Assembly: GCA_050287085.1 (NCBI GenBank)
Contig: JBNKBE010000003.1
Span: 143,350 to 207,349, forward strand
DNA length: 64,000 nt
Source: Polyangiaceae bacterium
GTDB taxonomy: Bacteria > Myxococcota_A > Polyangia > Polyangiales > Polyangiaceae
Direction: 5' to 3'
The translations under genes were made by a program, and so were the position numbers. The notes beneath the pieces were generated by a model. It was not told the DNA's origin. It did no database searches and worked only from the letters and a program-made list of their open reading frames with translations. Shown here piece after piece: positions 49,226 to 58,401 of this stretch (positions are counted from its first letter, which is position 1; each line of letters opens with the position of its first letter).

Positions 49226-49550
49226 GGGACTCCTATCTTGAGTGCAATCGTTTGACACAACAGCCTTGGCACAAGCGCTAAGCTATTACTTGCGGCCTGA
49301 GCTGAGCTCGGCAGCGCAATGCGCCAGCGCGCTGACTGTTCAGTCATCTATCCAGATTCGACGGTGGTACAGCTCTGCGTCAGGCTGACCTCTAAACTGG
49401 ATCGGCGAAGACTCCGCCTCGCTGGGCAGTCAGAGTACCCATTGCAGCCGTGATCTCAAGCGCCAAAATGCTCGTCGTCGCAAACTGAAACCCATCCCGG
49501 AACCATTTTGGCTCGTGCAACGCCGCCGCGCCGCGCGAGCGCAGCGATCA

Positions 49551-49610
49551 CGCTGCGCTCGGAAACGCTGCGCTCGGAAACGCTGCGCTCGGAAACGCTG
49601 CGCTCGGAAA
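49551..49610. repeat. Perfect 15-bp tandem repeat x4 (CGCTGCGCTCGGAAA)
   Basis: Read directly; abuts the prfC stop; one inverted arm GAGCGCAGCG at 49537-49546. Confidence 0.95.
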
Positions 49611-49612
49611 CG

Positions 49613-51190
49613 CTACTGTTCACGCGTCGCCAGAAAGCGGACCTTTGGGAAGTCTTTGGCCGTGCGCTCCAAGTGCCAGTCGTTGCGCGCCAAAAACACC
49701 GGATTGCCCACGTGATCATCGGCCATCGATCCGCCATTTTCTCGCGCAAGGTCTTTCAGGTCTTGTTCCGAGTCCGCCTCGAGCCAGCGTGCGGTGTGAA
49801 GCGACGTCCCCTCGAATCGCGCCTCGATGCCAAACTCCGTCCGAATTCGATCGGAAAGGACGTCAAACTGCAGCGGCCCCACGACACCGACGATCCAGGT
49901 CGACCCCATTCTCGATTTGAAACACGACGCCGCTCCCTCTTCGGCCAGTTGCACGAGAGCGCGTTCGAGGTGTTTGGTCTTCATCGGATCCTTGGACCGC
50001 ACGGTCTGCAGCAATTCGGGCGCGAAGCTGGGAATGCCCGCGAAGTGCAAGTTCTCCCCTTCGCTCAAGGTGTCTCCAACCCGGAGCTTTCCGTGGTTGG
50101 GAATGCCGATGATATCACCCGCCCAAGCCTCTTCCGCGAGCTCTCTGTCCTGGGCGAGGAATAGTACTGGGTTGTGAACTCGCAGAATGCTCCCGCTCGG
50201 AACGTGCTTCAGCTTCGCCCCTCGTTCAAAGTGCCCCGAGATTAGACGCACAAAGGCAATTCTATCGCGGTGCTTTGGATCCATATTTGCCTGGATCTTG
50301 AAAACGAAGCCCGTAACTGGACGCTCCGAAGCTGCAACAACTCTCTCCTGCGCCTTTCGAGACTGCGGAGGCGGTGCGTATTCTGCCAGTCCGTCCAGAA
50401 GCTCCCTCACTCCAAAGTTGTTGATCGCGCTCCCGAAGAAGGCGGGAGTCATATGTCCCTCGAGATAGCTCTGGTGCTGAAATTCGGGACATAGCCCGCG
50501 CGCCATTTCCACTTCCTCGCGAAGCGTTTCGAGCTCATCCTTCGTCAAGTGCTGGGCGAGCGTTTCGTCGTCGAGACCACGGCACGTTATCCCCTCACTG
50601 ATAGTGTCCTTCTGGGCGCGGTCCATCAGGATCAGCTGATCCTTGAACAAGTCATAACAACCTCGGAAGCGCGCGCCCATTCCGATTGGCCAGCTTGCGG
50701 GCACTACGTCGAGCGCCAACTTCTGTTCGATTTCGTCGATGAGCTCGAACGGGTCTCTCGCCTCGCGGTCCATCTTGTTGATGAACGTAATGACCGGAAC
50801 GTCCCGCATGCGACACACCTCAAAGAGCTTGAGCGTTTGCGGCTCAATTCCCTTGGCGGCATCGAGCACCATGACGGCAGAATCGACCGCCGTCAGCGTG
50901 CGATACGTATCTTCGCTGAAGTCCTCGTGCCCGGGTGTGTCCAACAGATTGAAGACCCGCCCGCCATACTGGTAGGTCATCGCGGACGCACTTACGCTGA
51001 TGCCGCGCTCTTGTTCGACTTTCATCCAATCGGACGTTGCTCTCCGCCGTTCACCCCGTGCTTTCACTTCACCTGCAAGCTGAATAGCTCCGCCGAAGAG
51101 CAATAGCTTCTCGGTAAGCGTCGTCTTTCCGGCGTCGGGATGCGAAATGATGGCGAACGTACGCCTACGCGAAATCGTGTTGTCGCTCAT
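49613..51190 (-). CDS. prfC: Peptide chain release factor 3
   Basis: RRRTFAIISHPDAGKTTLTEK, ERGIS, DTPGHEDFSEDTYRTL, FKIQANMDPKHRDR. Confidence 0.98.
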   Translation of the reverse strand: MSDNTISRRRTFAIISHPDAGKTTLTEKLLLFGGAIQLAGEVKARGERRRATSDWMKVEQERGISVSASAMTYQYGGRVFNLLDTPGHEDFSEDTYRTLTAVDSAVMVLDAAKGIEPQTLKLFEVCRMRDVPVITFINKMDREARDPFELIDEIEQKLALDVVPASWPIGMGARFRGCYDLFKDQLILMDRAQKDTISEGITCRGLDDETLAQHLTKDELETLREEVEMARGLCPEFQHQSYLEGHMTPAFFGSAINNFGVRELLDGLAEYAPPPQSRKAQERVVAASERPVTGFVFKIQANMDPKHRDRIAFVRLISGHFERGAKLKHVPSGSILRVHNPVLFLAQDRELAEEAWAGDIIGIPNHGKLRVGDTLSEGENLHFAGIPSFAPELLQTVRSKDPMKTKHLERALVQLAEEGAASCFKSRMGSTWIVGVVGPLQFDVLSDRIRTEFGIEARFEGTSLHTARWLEADSEQDLKDLARENGGSMADDHVGNPVFLARNDWHLERTAKDFPKVRFLATREQ

Positions 51191-51208
51191 GATTTTACTG
51201 AAATCGCC

Positions 51209-52033
51209 TCAGGCGATTTGAACGGACATGGTCTCTCGCGCGACAAACGCGCCACTCCACATGGCCTTCGCGTCGGCTTCGACCTGTCGCATGAAGTCAT
51301 CTTCATGGTCGGGATCGTGGTGGAAGATAGCCAGGCTCTTTGCGCCCGCCGCCAAACACAGGCGTACACCTTCCTGCCACGTTGAATGACCCCAGCCCAC
51401 TCTGGATGGAAATTCTTCATCGGTGTAGGAGCAATCGTAGACGACCAAATCGGCGTCCTCGATCAGGCGAAGCACAGCCTGATCCGGCTTGCCCGGGATG
51501 TGTTCCGTGTCGGTGACGTAACACAGTGAACTGCCCTGATACTCAATGCGATAGCCGGTAGCTCCACTTGGATGATTCAGGCGCGCGGTAACAACCCGCA
51601 CGTCATCGCCGATCTCAAAGGTATCGCCGGCATCGAAGTCAACGAACTCAAGCTTCGCACTCATTGTCTCGAGCGGGATTGGGAACGTGGGATGCGCCAT
51701 GTGCCCCGCAAAGACAGCCTTGACGCCCCCGTCCTCGTTGAGATGACCGGCCATCACCCGGAATTCGCGATGCGGATGAAACGCCGGTTTGAAGAACGGG
51801 AAGCCATTGATGTGATCCCAATGCGTATGGCTGAGCAAGATATGGGCGCGTCGAACGTCATCGGCAACGAATTGGTGCCCGAGCGGCCGAATCCCGGTTC
51901 CCGCATCGAGAACAATACGCTCGGAGCCCGCACATACCTCTAGGCAGCTTGTATTGCCCCCGTAGCGTACATGTGCGGGTGAAGGGCAGGCGATACTACC
52001 CCGCACTCCCCAAAACTTAACGGAAAAACTCAT
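51209..52033 (-). CDS. MBL-fold metallo-hydrolase (RNase Z/phosphodiesterase-like)
   Basis: FWGVRGSI, YGGNTSC, DAGTG, SHTHWDHING, TDTEH, WGHS, FHHDP; ATG 52033. Confidence 0.92.
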   Translation of the reverse strand: MSFSVKFWGVRGSIACPSPAHVRYGGNTSCLEVCAGSERIVLDAGTGIRPLGHQFVADDVRRAHILLSHTHWDHINGFPFFKPAFHPHREFRVMAGHLNEDGGVKAVFAGHMAHPTFPIPLETMSAKLEFVDFDAGDTFEIGDDVRVVTARLNHPSGATGYRIEYQGSSLCYVTDTEHIPGKPDQAVLRLIEDADLVVYDCSYTDEEFPSRVGWGHSTWQEGVRLCLAAGAKSLAIFHHDPDHEDDFMRQVEADAKAMWSGAFVARETMSVQIA

Positions 52034-52151
52034 TGCCTCGCGCGCCTCAATAACATGCACCCGACTTGTGTGCGCCTCATTCACTTGACGCGCTGACGAT
52101 TGCGTTTGGGTCGATGCACCGCGATCTAGAATCGTTGCGATTCGGAGCCGC

Positions 52152-52237
52152 TCACTGGCGCGAAAAAACTAAGCCACAGTCCGGCGAGCCTTTCAAGGGA
52201 CTCGCGTCGAGACGTCGACAGCGCGGCTTTCCAGTGA
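52152..52237 (-). ncRNA. Candidate structured leader/attenuator
   Basis: Nested stems plus a U6 tract on the minus strand; see findings. Confidence 0.3.
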
Positions 52238-52428
52238 CACGAGCCTCTCAGACAAACCGACGCCCCAAGGCGTCCGGACACAGACGCTGACCGAAGAGTC
52301 GTTGACCCCGGGAACCGTGTCAGGACGGGACCCGGCCGCCCGGGATCGGCCGAGGGGTAAGTGGACCGACCTCCGCACTCGACTTCCGCCAAGTCACCGC
52401 GCATAGTCGCTGCTCACAAGGAGAGTCA

Positions 52429-54192
52429 GTGGGCGACGGCCGGGAGTGGTCCTGGGTAGGTGAAGACGGAGTGGAGCACGTTGTGAGCGAAGACCAGCTC
52501 ACGTTTGCCCTTTCCGCTGAAGAACTGCCCGCCTATACACTGGTCTGCCGTGATGGGTGGGCGGAGTGGCTGCCGGCCATGCAGGTCGCGGAGTTGCGTT
52601 GGGCACTTCCCCCTGGCCAAGCCGACACGCCGCGCAAACCAGCGCGCAGTGAAGGCAGCCCGCGGCAAGCGCCCCCTCTGGCCACGTACAAGACGTTACG
52701 CTTTCGAGCCGGTGAGATCGCCGCCGGACGGATCAATCCAGATTTCGAAGCGCAGCTCGCGCTTTCCCCCGTCGCGCCGCGCACCGGTCAACTCGCTGGG
52801 CTTTCTCGCTACTCCGACAACGATCCGGAGGAACCGACGGTACAGCTGGAGTCCGAGGCACTCTTCGAAGGCAAGCGCGGGACCGACTCGGGAACCGAAT
52901 CGTTGCCCCCGCCTGCCCCGCCCAGCAGCCCGAGTCAGCCGGACGGGATCTTGGACGCCGCTACGAGCCCAGCTAGCTCACCGCCTGACGCTCCACACGC
53001 CTCGCCCAAAGCCGGGCCTACTCTGCCGCCTCGCTCCCGCCGGAGCGGGCCTGCCGCGCGTCCGCACTTGGGCCTGTGGGCGGCCGGCGCGGCGCTTGTA
53101 ATCTTGCTCGTCGGAGTTGTGGTTTGGCTCAAGTCCCGCGCGTCAGCTCCCGCACCAGTGACCCCCGCGCCGGCCCTCCCCACCCTCCCGGACGCTCCGG
53201 TTCAGAGTCACATTTCCGATTGCAGCATCACCCAAGGCCCTCGCCGGCTCGGGGAGTTTGCCAAAGCAGACCTGCGCCCCGGAATCGCGGAGTTGAGTTC
53301 AGGAAAGCTCGCGATCGGCTACGGACAAACAAGTCGCTACGCCGTGGGTTTGGTCGTGGACCCCAAGACCCTGGTAGCAAGTCGGGTCTTCTCCGACTAC
53401 TCGAAGAGCCCGCTTGTGAGTGTTACCCCGATGGCCGCCGAGGGCGAGCCGCAGTTCCTATTTGAACGAGCCGCGTCCGCGTTGCAAAGCGCACGTACCA
53501 TCGCCGCAACACCTCCGTTCACCCTTGGTCTGCTCCACGGGAAGCTGGCCGTGCGCAGTGAGGAAAACCCGATTGCGGAAACAATCTGGAATTCTCCCTT
53601 TGAGAGCTTCACGGTACCGCAATCGGTACGCCTGGACGCGAAACGTCACGCCGTTGCCCTCCGCGGCGGAGGGGAACGGGGCTCCGTCTTGGTAGGCACG
53701 CTGCAGGAAAGCGCAAAACCTCTGGGGGCGCTTGTGGCAGTAGAAGCCGGCGTGGCCAGGGTGAGTGAACCGTACATCGCGGTTGCCACACCAGGCAGCG
53801 ACGTAGCGCGAGTGGCCGTCGTATTTGCCGGCGGAGAGGAGTCAGCGACGGAGCAGCTGTGGCTCGCTCAAGCAACGCCCCCGGAACTACCGGCCCGGGC
53901 AGAACGCCTATCGGTCGGCAGTGCACCGCTGTACGAGCCATCAGTGGGAGCCCTCACCGATGGCAGCTTTCTCGTGCAATGGGCCGAGGGTTCCCCTGGA
54001 GCTCAAACGATACGGCTCGCACATGTTTCCCCCGAGCTCGAAGCTCGAGGTGAGGTTCTGCAAATCTCGGGGCCAGGGGTGGACGCACGCGACGGGGTGC
54101 TCTTTGTCAGCAAGCGCGGCGTGCTGAGCGTGTACATGGTGCGCAACGGGCAGAACCATGAAATGTGGGGCGCCTCATTGCTCTGCAGATAG
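52429..54192 (+). CDS. GYF_2-like domain + Pro-rich linker + TM + periplasmic beta-rich domain
   Basis: AAGGAG RBS; WSWV...L...L...TLVCRDGWAEWLPA.QVAEL; TM GLWAAGAALVILLVGVVVWL. Confidence 0.75.
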   Translation: MGDGREWSWVGEDGVEHVVSEDQLTFALSAEELPAYTLVCRDGWAEWLPAMQVAELRWALPPGQADTPRKPARSEGSPRQAPPLATYKTLRFRAGEIAAGRINPDFEAQLALSPVAPRTGQLAGLSRYSDNDPEEPTVQLESEALFEGKRGTDSGTESLPPPAPPSSPSQPDGILDAATSPASSPPDAPHASPKAGPTLPPRSRRSGPAARPHLGLWAAGAALVILLVGVVVWLKSRASAPAPVTPAPALPTLPDAPVQSHISDCSITQGPRRLGEFAKADLRPGIAELSSGKLAIGYGQTSRYAVGLVVDPKTLVASRVFSDYSKSPLVSVTPMAAEGEPQFLFERAASALQSARTIAATPPFTLGLLHGKLAVRSEENPIAETIWNSPFESFTVPQSVRLDAKRHAVALRGGGERGSVLVGTLQESAKPLGALVAVEAGVARVSEPYIAVATPGSDVARVAVVFAGGEESATEQLWLAQATPPELPARAERLSVGSAPLYEPSVGALTDGSFLVQWAEGSPGAQTIRLAHVSPELEARGEVLQISGPGVDARDGVLFVSKRGVLSVYMVRNGQNHEMWGASLLCR

Positions 54193-54245
54193 AAGAGCCC
54201 TGCAGATAGAAGACCCGTAGCTGGAACGGCCCGTAGCTGGAACGG
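54183..54245. repeat. Two adjacent short tandem duplications
   Basis: CTGCAGATAGAAGA at 54183 and 54200; CCCGTAGCTGGAACGG at 54214 and 54230. Confidence 0.9.
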
Positions 54246-54335
54246 TCCTTCGGCGCGGCTTCGAACCTCGTGACCCTTCGCGCCAACCGCGACCTCCAAC
54301 GCCGGCTGCCTCGAGCCGCCACCCACAGCGCGACG

Positions 54336-55766
54336 CTAGAGGATCGCCCCGGGGGTGTACTCAACAGCATTCGGATGTCGCTCGACCCAAGCTCCAACCT
54401 GGGCGGCGAAGGTCTCGATCTGTTGCTCTGCGGTTCCCACGAAAGACAAGGGCGCCGCTAGCACATTTTCAATGTCCGCGCGCTGCAAACCGAGCCTAGC
54501 ATCCTGGGCCAAGCGCTCCACGAGGTCGTTTTCCGTTTGCCCATGTTCCCGCATGGCAAGTGCAACCGCCACCGCGTGCTCCTTGATGACTTCGTGAGCC
54601 ACCTCACGACCGACTCCGCGCTGCACCGCTGCCATCAACACCTTGGTCGTCGCAAGAAAGGGAAGGTAGCGCTGCAGCTCGCGCTCTACCACCGCCGGAT
54701 AAGCCCCGAACTCGGTGAGTACAGCAAAAAACGTCTGGAACAAGCCGTCAATGGCGAACAGGGCGTCAGGCAGGGCTACGCGCCGCACGACGGAGCAACT
54801 CACGTCACCCTCATTCCACTGATCGCCGGCCAGGGCCTGAACCATGCTCAAATGTCCACCGAGAATTGCCACGAAGCCACCGATCCGCTCGCAAGAGCGA
54901 GAGTTCATCTTGTGTGGCATAGCGGACGACCCGACCTGCCCTGGCTTGAAGCCCTCCGTGGCCAACTCCTGTCCCGCCATGAGTCGAATGGTCTTCGCTA
55001 GACTTGCAGGCCCGGCCGCAAGTTGGAACAGGGCGCTAACAACCTCGAAGTCCAGAGAACGGGGATATACCTGTCCCACGCTGCCAAGCGTGCGTCGAAA
55101 ACCCAAGTGCTCCGCGACACGCGCCTCCAGGGCTGCCAGCTTGGAGCGATCGCCGCCCAAGAGATCCAGCTGGTCTTGTTGGGTTCCGACGGGTCCCTTG
55201 ATGCCCCTTAGCGGGTAGCGCTCGAGCAGCGAATCCAAGCGCTCACAGGCGACCAAGAGCTCCTGTCCGGCATTGGCAAAACGTTTGCCCAACGTGGTTG
55301 CCTGCGCGGGCACGTTGTGACTGCGCCCACTGATGACCAATGATGAGTGCAGGACCGCCTTGTCCGCGAGCATTGACAGAGCCTTGACGACCCGCAAACG
55401 AACCAGTTCAAGCGAACGCCGCACCTGCATCTGCTCTACATTCTCCGTCAGGTCGCGGGAGGTCATGCCTTTATGAACATGTTCGTGGCCGGCGAGCGCA
55501 CAAAACTCCTCGATCCGCGCCTTGACATCGTGGCGTGTCACCAGCTCTCGGCGTCGGATCGATTCGAGATCCACCCGTTCGACGACCGCTTCGTAATCGT
55601 CCAACACGGCGGTCGGAACATCGAGGCCAAGCTCCTTTTGCGCGCGTAGCACCACAAGCCACAAGCGGCGTTCGAGGACGATCTTGCTCTCCTGGGACCA
55701 CAGGGCAACCATCTCCGGGCTCGCGTAACGACTCGCAAGGACGTTGGGCGGGGCAGCTGTAGACAT
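54336..55766 (-). CDS. purB: Adenylosuccinate lyase
   Basis: SRYAS, TRHDVKA, HKGMTSRD, GSSAMPHKMN signature; ATG 55766. Confidence 0.96.
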   Translation of the reverse strand: MSTAAPPNVLASRYASPEMVALWSQESKIVLERRLWLVVLRAQKELGLDVPTAVLDDYEAVVERVDLESIRRRELVTRHDVKARIEEFCALAGHEHVHKGMTSRDLTENVEQMQVRRSLELVRLRVVKALSMLADKAVLHSSLVISGRSHNVPAQATTLGKRFANAGQELLVACERLDSLLERYPLRGIKGPVGTQQDQLDLLGGDRSKLAALEARVAEHLGFRRTLGSVGQVYPRSLDFEVVSALFQLAAGPASLAKTIRLMAGQELATEGFKPGQVGSSAMPHKMNSRSCERIGGFVAILGGHLSMVQALAGDQWNEGDVSCSVVRRVALPDALFAIDGLFQTFFAVLTEFGAYPAVVERELQRYLPFLATTKVLMAAVQRGVGREVAHEVIKEHAVAVALAMREHGQTENDLVERLAQDARLGLQRADIENVLAAPLSFVGTAEQQIETFAAQVGAWVERHPNAVEYTPGAIL

Positions 55767-55884
55767 GAAGCCGCCATAGCGCAGAGCCACAGGAGCGTCA
55801 CTAGCGAGCTACGCCAGCGCCTGGCGCCCTACAGCCGAGTGGCCGCTCAGCGCAAAAGGCCGCTGGCTTCAGAACTCATCCGGG

Positions 55885-56421
55885 CTACCCAGTGGTCGCC
55901 TCCAGCAGGACATCGAGATTCTCCTCGTCTGCCAGCAGTGAAAGTCGGTCTCGTAGCCCCTGAATCCCCAGCTCAACGGGCACCTGCAGTCTGGCCCGTA
56001 GGTAGAACATTGGCGTTCCCGTAAGGGGGGCATGGACGACCTCGGACTCAAGAGCCGCGACGTTGATACCCGATGCAGAGAGCACGGTCGAAACCCGCGC
56101 CACGATCCCCGTGCGGTCCACTCCGGAAAGCCGCAGCAGATAGGGGCGATTGGCCGCGGGGATGCCGCGCGCGGCCGTGGAACGGAAATGGACGAGCAGG
56201 CCCAGTTCTTCCGATAGTTGGTCGCTGCTCGCCGCCACCTGAGCCACCGCGCTTTCAGACCCCGATATGAGCAGGATCGCAGCAAACTCGCCCCCTAGGA
56301 TCGCCATACGGCTGTCCTCCAGATTGCCTCCGGCGCGGTGGATAATGGTGCTGATACGCTCGACCAGGCCGGGCCGGTCTTTGCCCACCGCGGTGAGTAC
56401 ACGATACTGTTTGTCGGTCAT
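55885..56421 (-). CDS. gcvR: GcvR-like double-ACT-domain protein
   Basis: VLTAVGKDRPGLV...NLEDSRMAILGGEFA; second ACT GVDRTGIV. Confidence 0.85.
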   Translation of the reverse strand: MTDKQYRVLTAVGKDRPGLVERISTIIHRAGGNLEDSRMAILGGEFAAILLISGSESAVAQVAASSDQLSEELGLLVHFRSTAARGIPAANRPYLLRLSGVDRTGIVARVSTVLSASGINVAALESEVVHAPLTGTPMFYLRARLQVPVELGIQGLRDRLSLLADEENLDVLLEATTG

Positions 56422-56530
56422 GGCGTCGAGGAAGCCTATTGCGAACCCAGAGGGCGCGCAACCGCAACCCCCGACTGACCTGAGCTCGACACGTTTGCCC
56501 GATCCGCAGCCCGACGTGTAAGGTGAGCGA

Positions 56531-57706
56531 ATGCGGACTCATCCTCTCGCAGTACTCTGGTTGGTTGCCTGCATCGCTTGTACCGCCCGAGGCCAGTCGC
56601 CCGCGCCTGCAGCGAGTTCGGCGCTCACGCCCGCCACGGCGCCGACCTTAGCGCCCCAGGCGGCCACTCCCGGCATGGGGATCCAAGCGCCGCCGGCCCG
56701 TAGCAGACTCGACAACGTCGATGAGCAAGCGCTCCAGACCGAAGACGAGCGCAACACGATTGCAGTATTTCAACAGGCCGCGGCGTCGACGGTGTTCGTC
56801 ACCCAAAAGAAAGTCGTTCTAGACTACTACCGCGGGACTGCGATGGAAGTGCCGGCAGGCTCTGGCTCTGGATTCATCTGGGACCGTCAGGGCCACGTGG
56901 TGACCAACTATCACGTGGTGCAAGGCGCCGAGCGACTCAGCGTAACACTGCACAACCAGGAAACCCATGAGGCGACGGTCGTTGGGACAGAAAGGCGCAA
57001 GGACATCGCAGTCCTCCGGCTACAAGACCCTCCCCCCGACCTTGTGCCCATCGTGGTCCACGGCAAGGGCCCTCCCCTGGTCGTGGGGCAAAAGACGATC
57101 GCGATCGGCAATCCCTTTGGGCTCGATCAGACCCTCACGACCGGAGTGATCAGCGCCTTGGGCCGCGAAGTCCCCGGGATCGGTGACGTGCGTATTCGAG
57201 ACATGGTCCAGACCGACGCCGCCATCAATCCTGGTAACTCGGGAGGCCCACTTCTCGACTCGTCGGGTAGGTTGATCGGGATGAACACCATGATCTTCAG
57301 TCGGAGCGGCTCTTCCGCTGGCATCGGCTTCGCTGTGCCCGCCTCGAGCATACAGCGGGTCGTTCCGCAGATCATTCGCACCGGGAAAGCGGAGCAGGTC
57401 GGCCTTGGCGTCGAGATAGATCCAGCGGGACGCTTGGAGCGCCGATTCAAGCTCAAAGGAGTGGTGGTGCTGCGCGTAATGGCCAACACGCCCGCGGCCC
57501 GTGCCGGGCTCGTCGGGATACAACGTGTCGGGCGTAGCCTTCGCCTCGGCGACATCATCATCGCCATCAACGGTGAACGCATCACCGACTATGACGACCT
57601 CTACAACGAGCTGGACCGGCTGCAGGCAGGCTCCAAAGCACGCATCACACTGCTACGCGAACAACAGGAACTCAACGTTGACCTCGAGTTGATACTGCTG
57701 CCTTAA
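56531..57706 (+). CDS. HtrA/DegP-family serine protease, one PDZ domain
   Basis: GSGSGF, TNYHVV, DIAVL, QTDAAINPGNSGGPL; C-terminal PDZ; signal/lipoprotein N-terminus. Confidence 0.95.
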   Translation: MRTHPLAVLWLVACIACTARGQSPAPAASSALTPATAPTLAPQAATPGMGIQAPPARSRLDNVDEQALQTEDERNTIAVFQQAAASTVFVTQKKVVLDYYRGTAMEVPAGSGSGFIWDRQGHVVTNYHVVQGAERLSVTLHNQETHEATVVGTERRKDIAVLRLQDPPPDLVPIVVHGKGPPLVVGQKTIAIGNPFGLDQTLTTGVISALGREVPGIGDVRIRDMVQTDAAINPGNSGGPLLDSSGRLIGMNTMIFSRSGSSAGIGFAVPASSIQRVVPQIIRTGKAEQVGLGVEIDPAGRLERRFKLKGVVVLRVMANTPAARAGLVGIQRVGRSLRLGDIIIAINGERITDYDDLYNELDRLQAGSKARITLLREQQELNVDLELILLP

Positions 57707-57748
57707 TCAAAATGTCCTGGAGGCCCGTGCGCGCAGCTTGCTCCAGCA

Positions 57749-58249
57749 CTAGGCCCCCACAGCGTGTTGCCGACAGGGCTCGCTCATGTCGCAGAGCCAA
57801 GCGCCCAGCAACTCGAGCCCGCTCTGCCTCCCGAGCACGGGGACCTCGTGACTCAGCCGGGCAGAGTCCAATGCCGCCCTCGCCGCTTGGGGCGCGCCCG
57901 TGAATACCACCGCGGGAACGCGCCGGAAGCGGCGACAGGACACTATGAAGTCAACCCCGGTTTCCGGAGTTTGGAGCTCGAAGTCGGTCACGATTGCGGA
58001 AGGAGGCGGCCCGAAGCGGAGCAGGCATTGCGCCTGGTGCAGCGTGCGCGCCACGACAACCTCGATGCCGCAGCGCCCGCGAATGTAGCGCGCGGTTCCT
58101 CGCCCCGAGAGACGATCGTCATCGAGTAGCAGCACGGGCCCGTGGTTGACTGAAGCCGCGCTCGGCCGCGCTGGGGTCAAGTCGGAAACAGGTGAGAGAC
58201 GACTGGCAACCGATTGAAGGGATAAGCGGACTGAAGCGGTCGGAATCAT
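57749..58249 (-). CDS. Single-domain response regulator (atypical receiver)
   Basis: VLLLDDD, AIVTDFEL...GVDF, VVFTG; the conserved Lys appears as Arg (VLGRQ). Confidence 0.65.
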   Translation of the reverse strand: MIPTASVRLSLQSVASRLSPVSDLTPARPSAASVNHGPVLLLDDDRLSGRGTARYIRGRCGIEVVVARTLHQAQCLLRFGPPPSAIVTDFELQTPETGVDFIVSCRRFRRVPAVVFTGAPQAARAALDSARLSHEVPVLGRQSGLELLGAWLCDMSEPCRQHAVGA

Positions 58250-58321
58250 GCGAACTGGTCCTTTGCACAGATACACCTGAGCAGTGCAACGACCATGCCG
58301 CCCGCTCCGAAAAGGGGCAGC

Positions 58322-58330
58322 TGTGGATAA
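58322..58330 (-). promoter_or_regulatory. Perfect DnaA box TTATCCACA (single)
   Basis: TGTGGATAA on the plus strand, between the prmA stop and the receiver gene start. Confidence 0.35.
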
Positions 58331-58401
58331 CCTGGGGTTTGCTCGCAGTAGGCGCTCGGCGGCGTCAAGCTTCTGACGCACAAGCGTCAGCCTGGTGTCG
58401 G

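Noticed and set aside
49551..49610. CRISPR array or ETLRS-repeat protein (ORF 49508-50164)
   Set aside because: The units are contiguous with no spacers and no cas genes are present; the ORF is antisense to prfC.
49613..51190. Programmed frameshift in the release factor
   Set aside because: That applies to prfB (RF2); this is an uninterrupted RF3 ORF.
58322..58330. Replication origin
   Set aside because: Only one DnaA box, no AT-rich unwinding element and no dnaA/dnaN/gyrB context.
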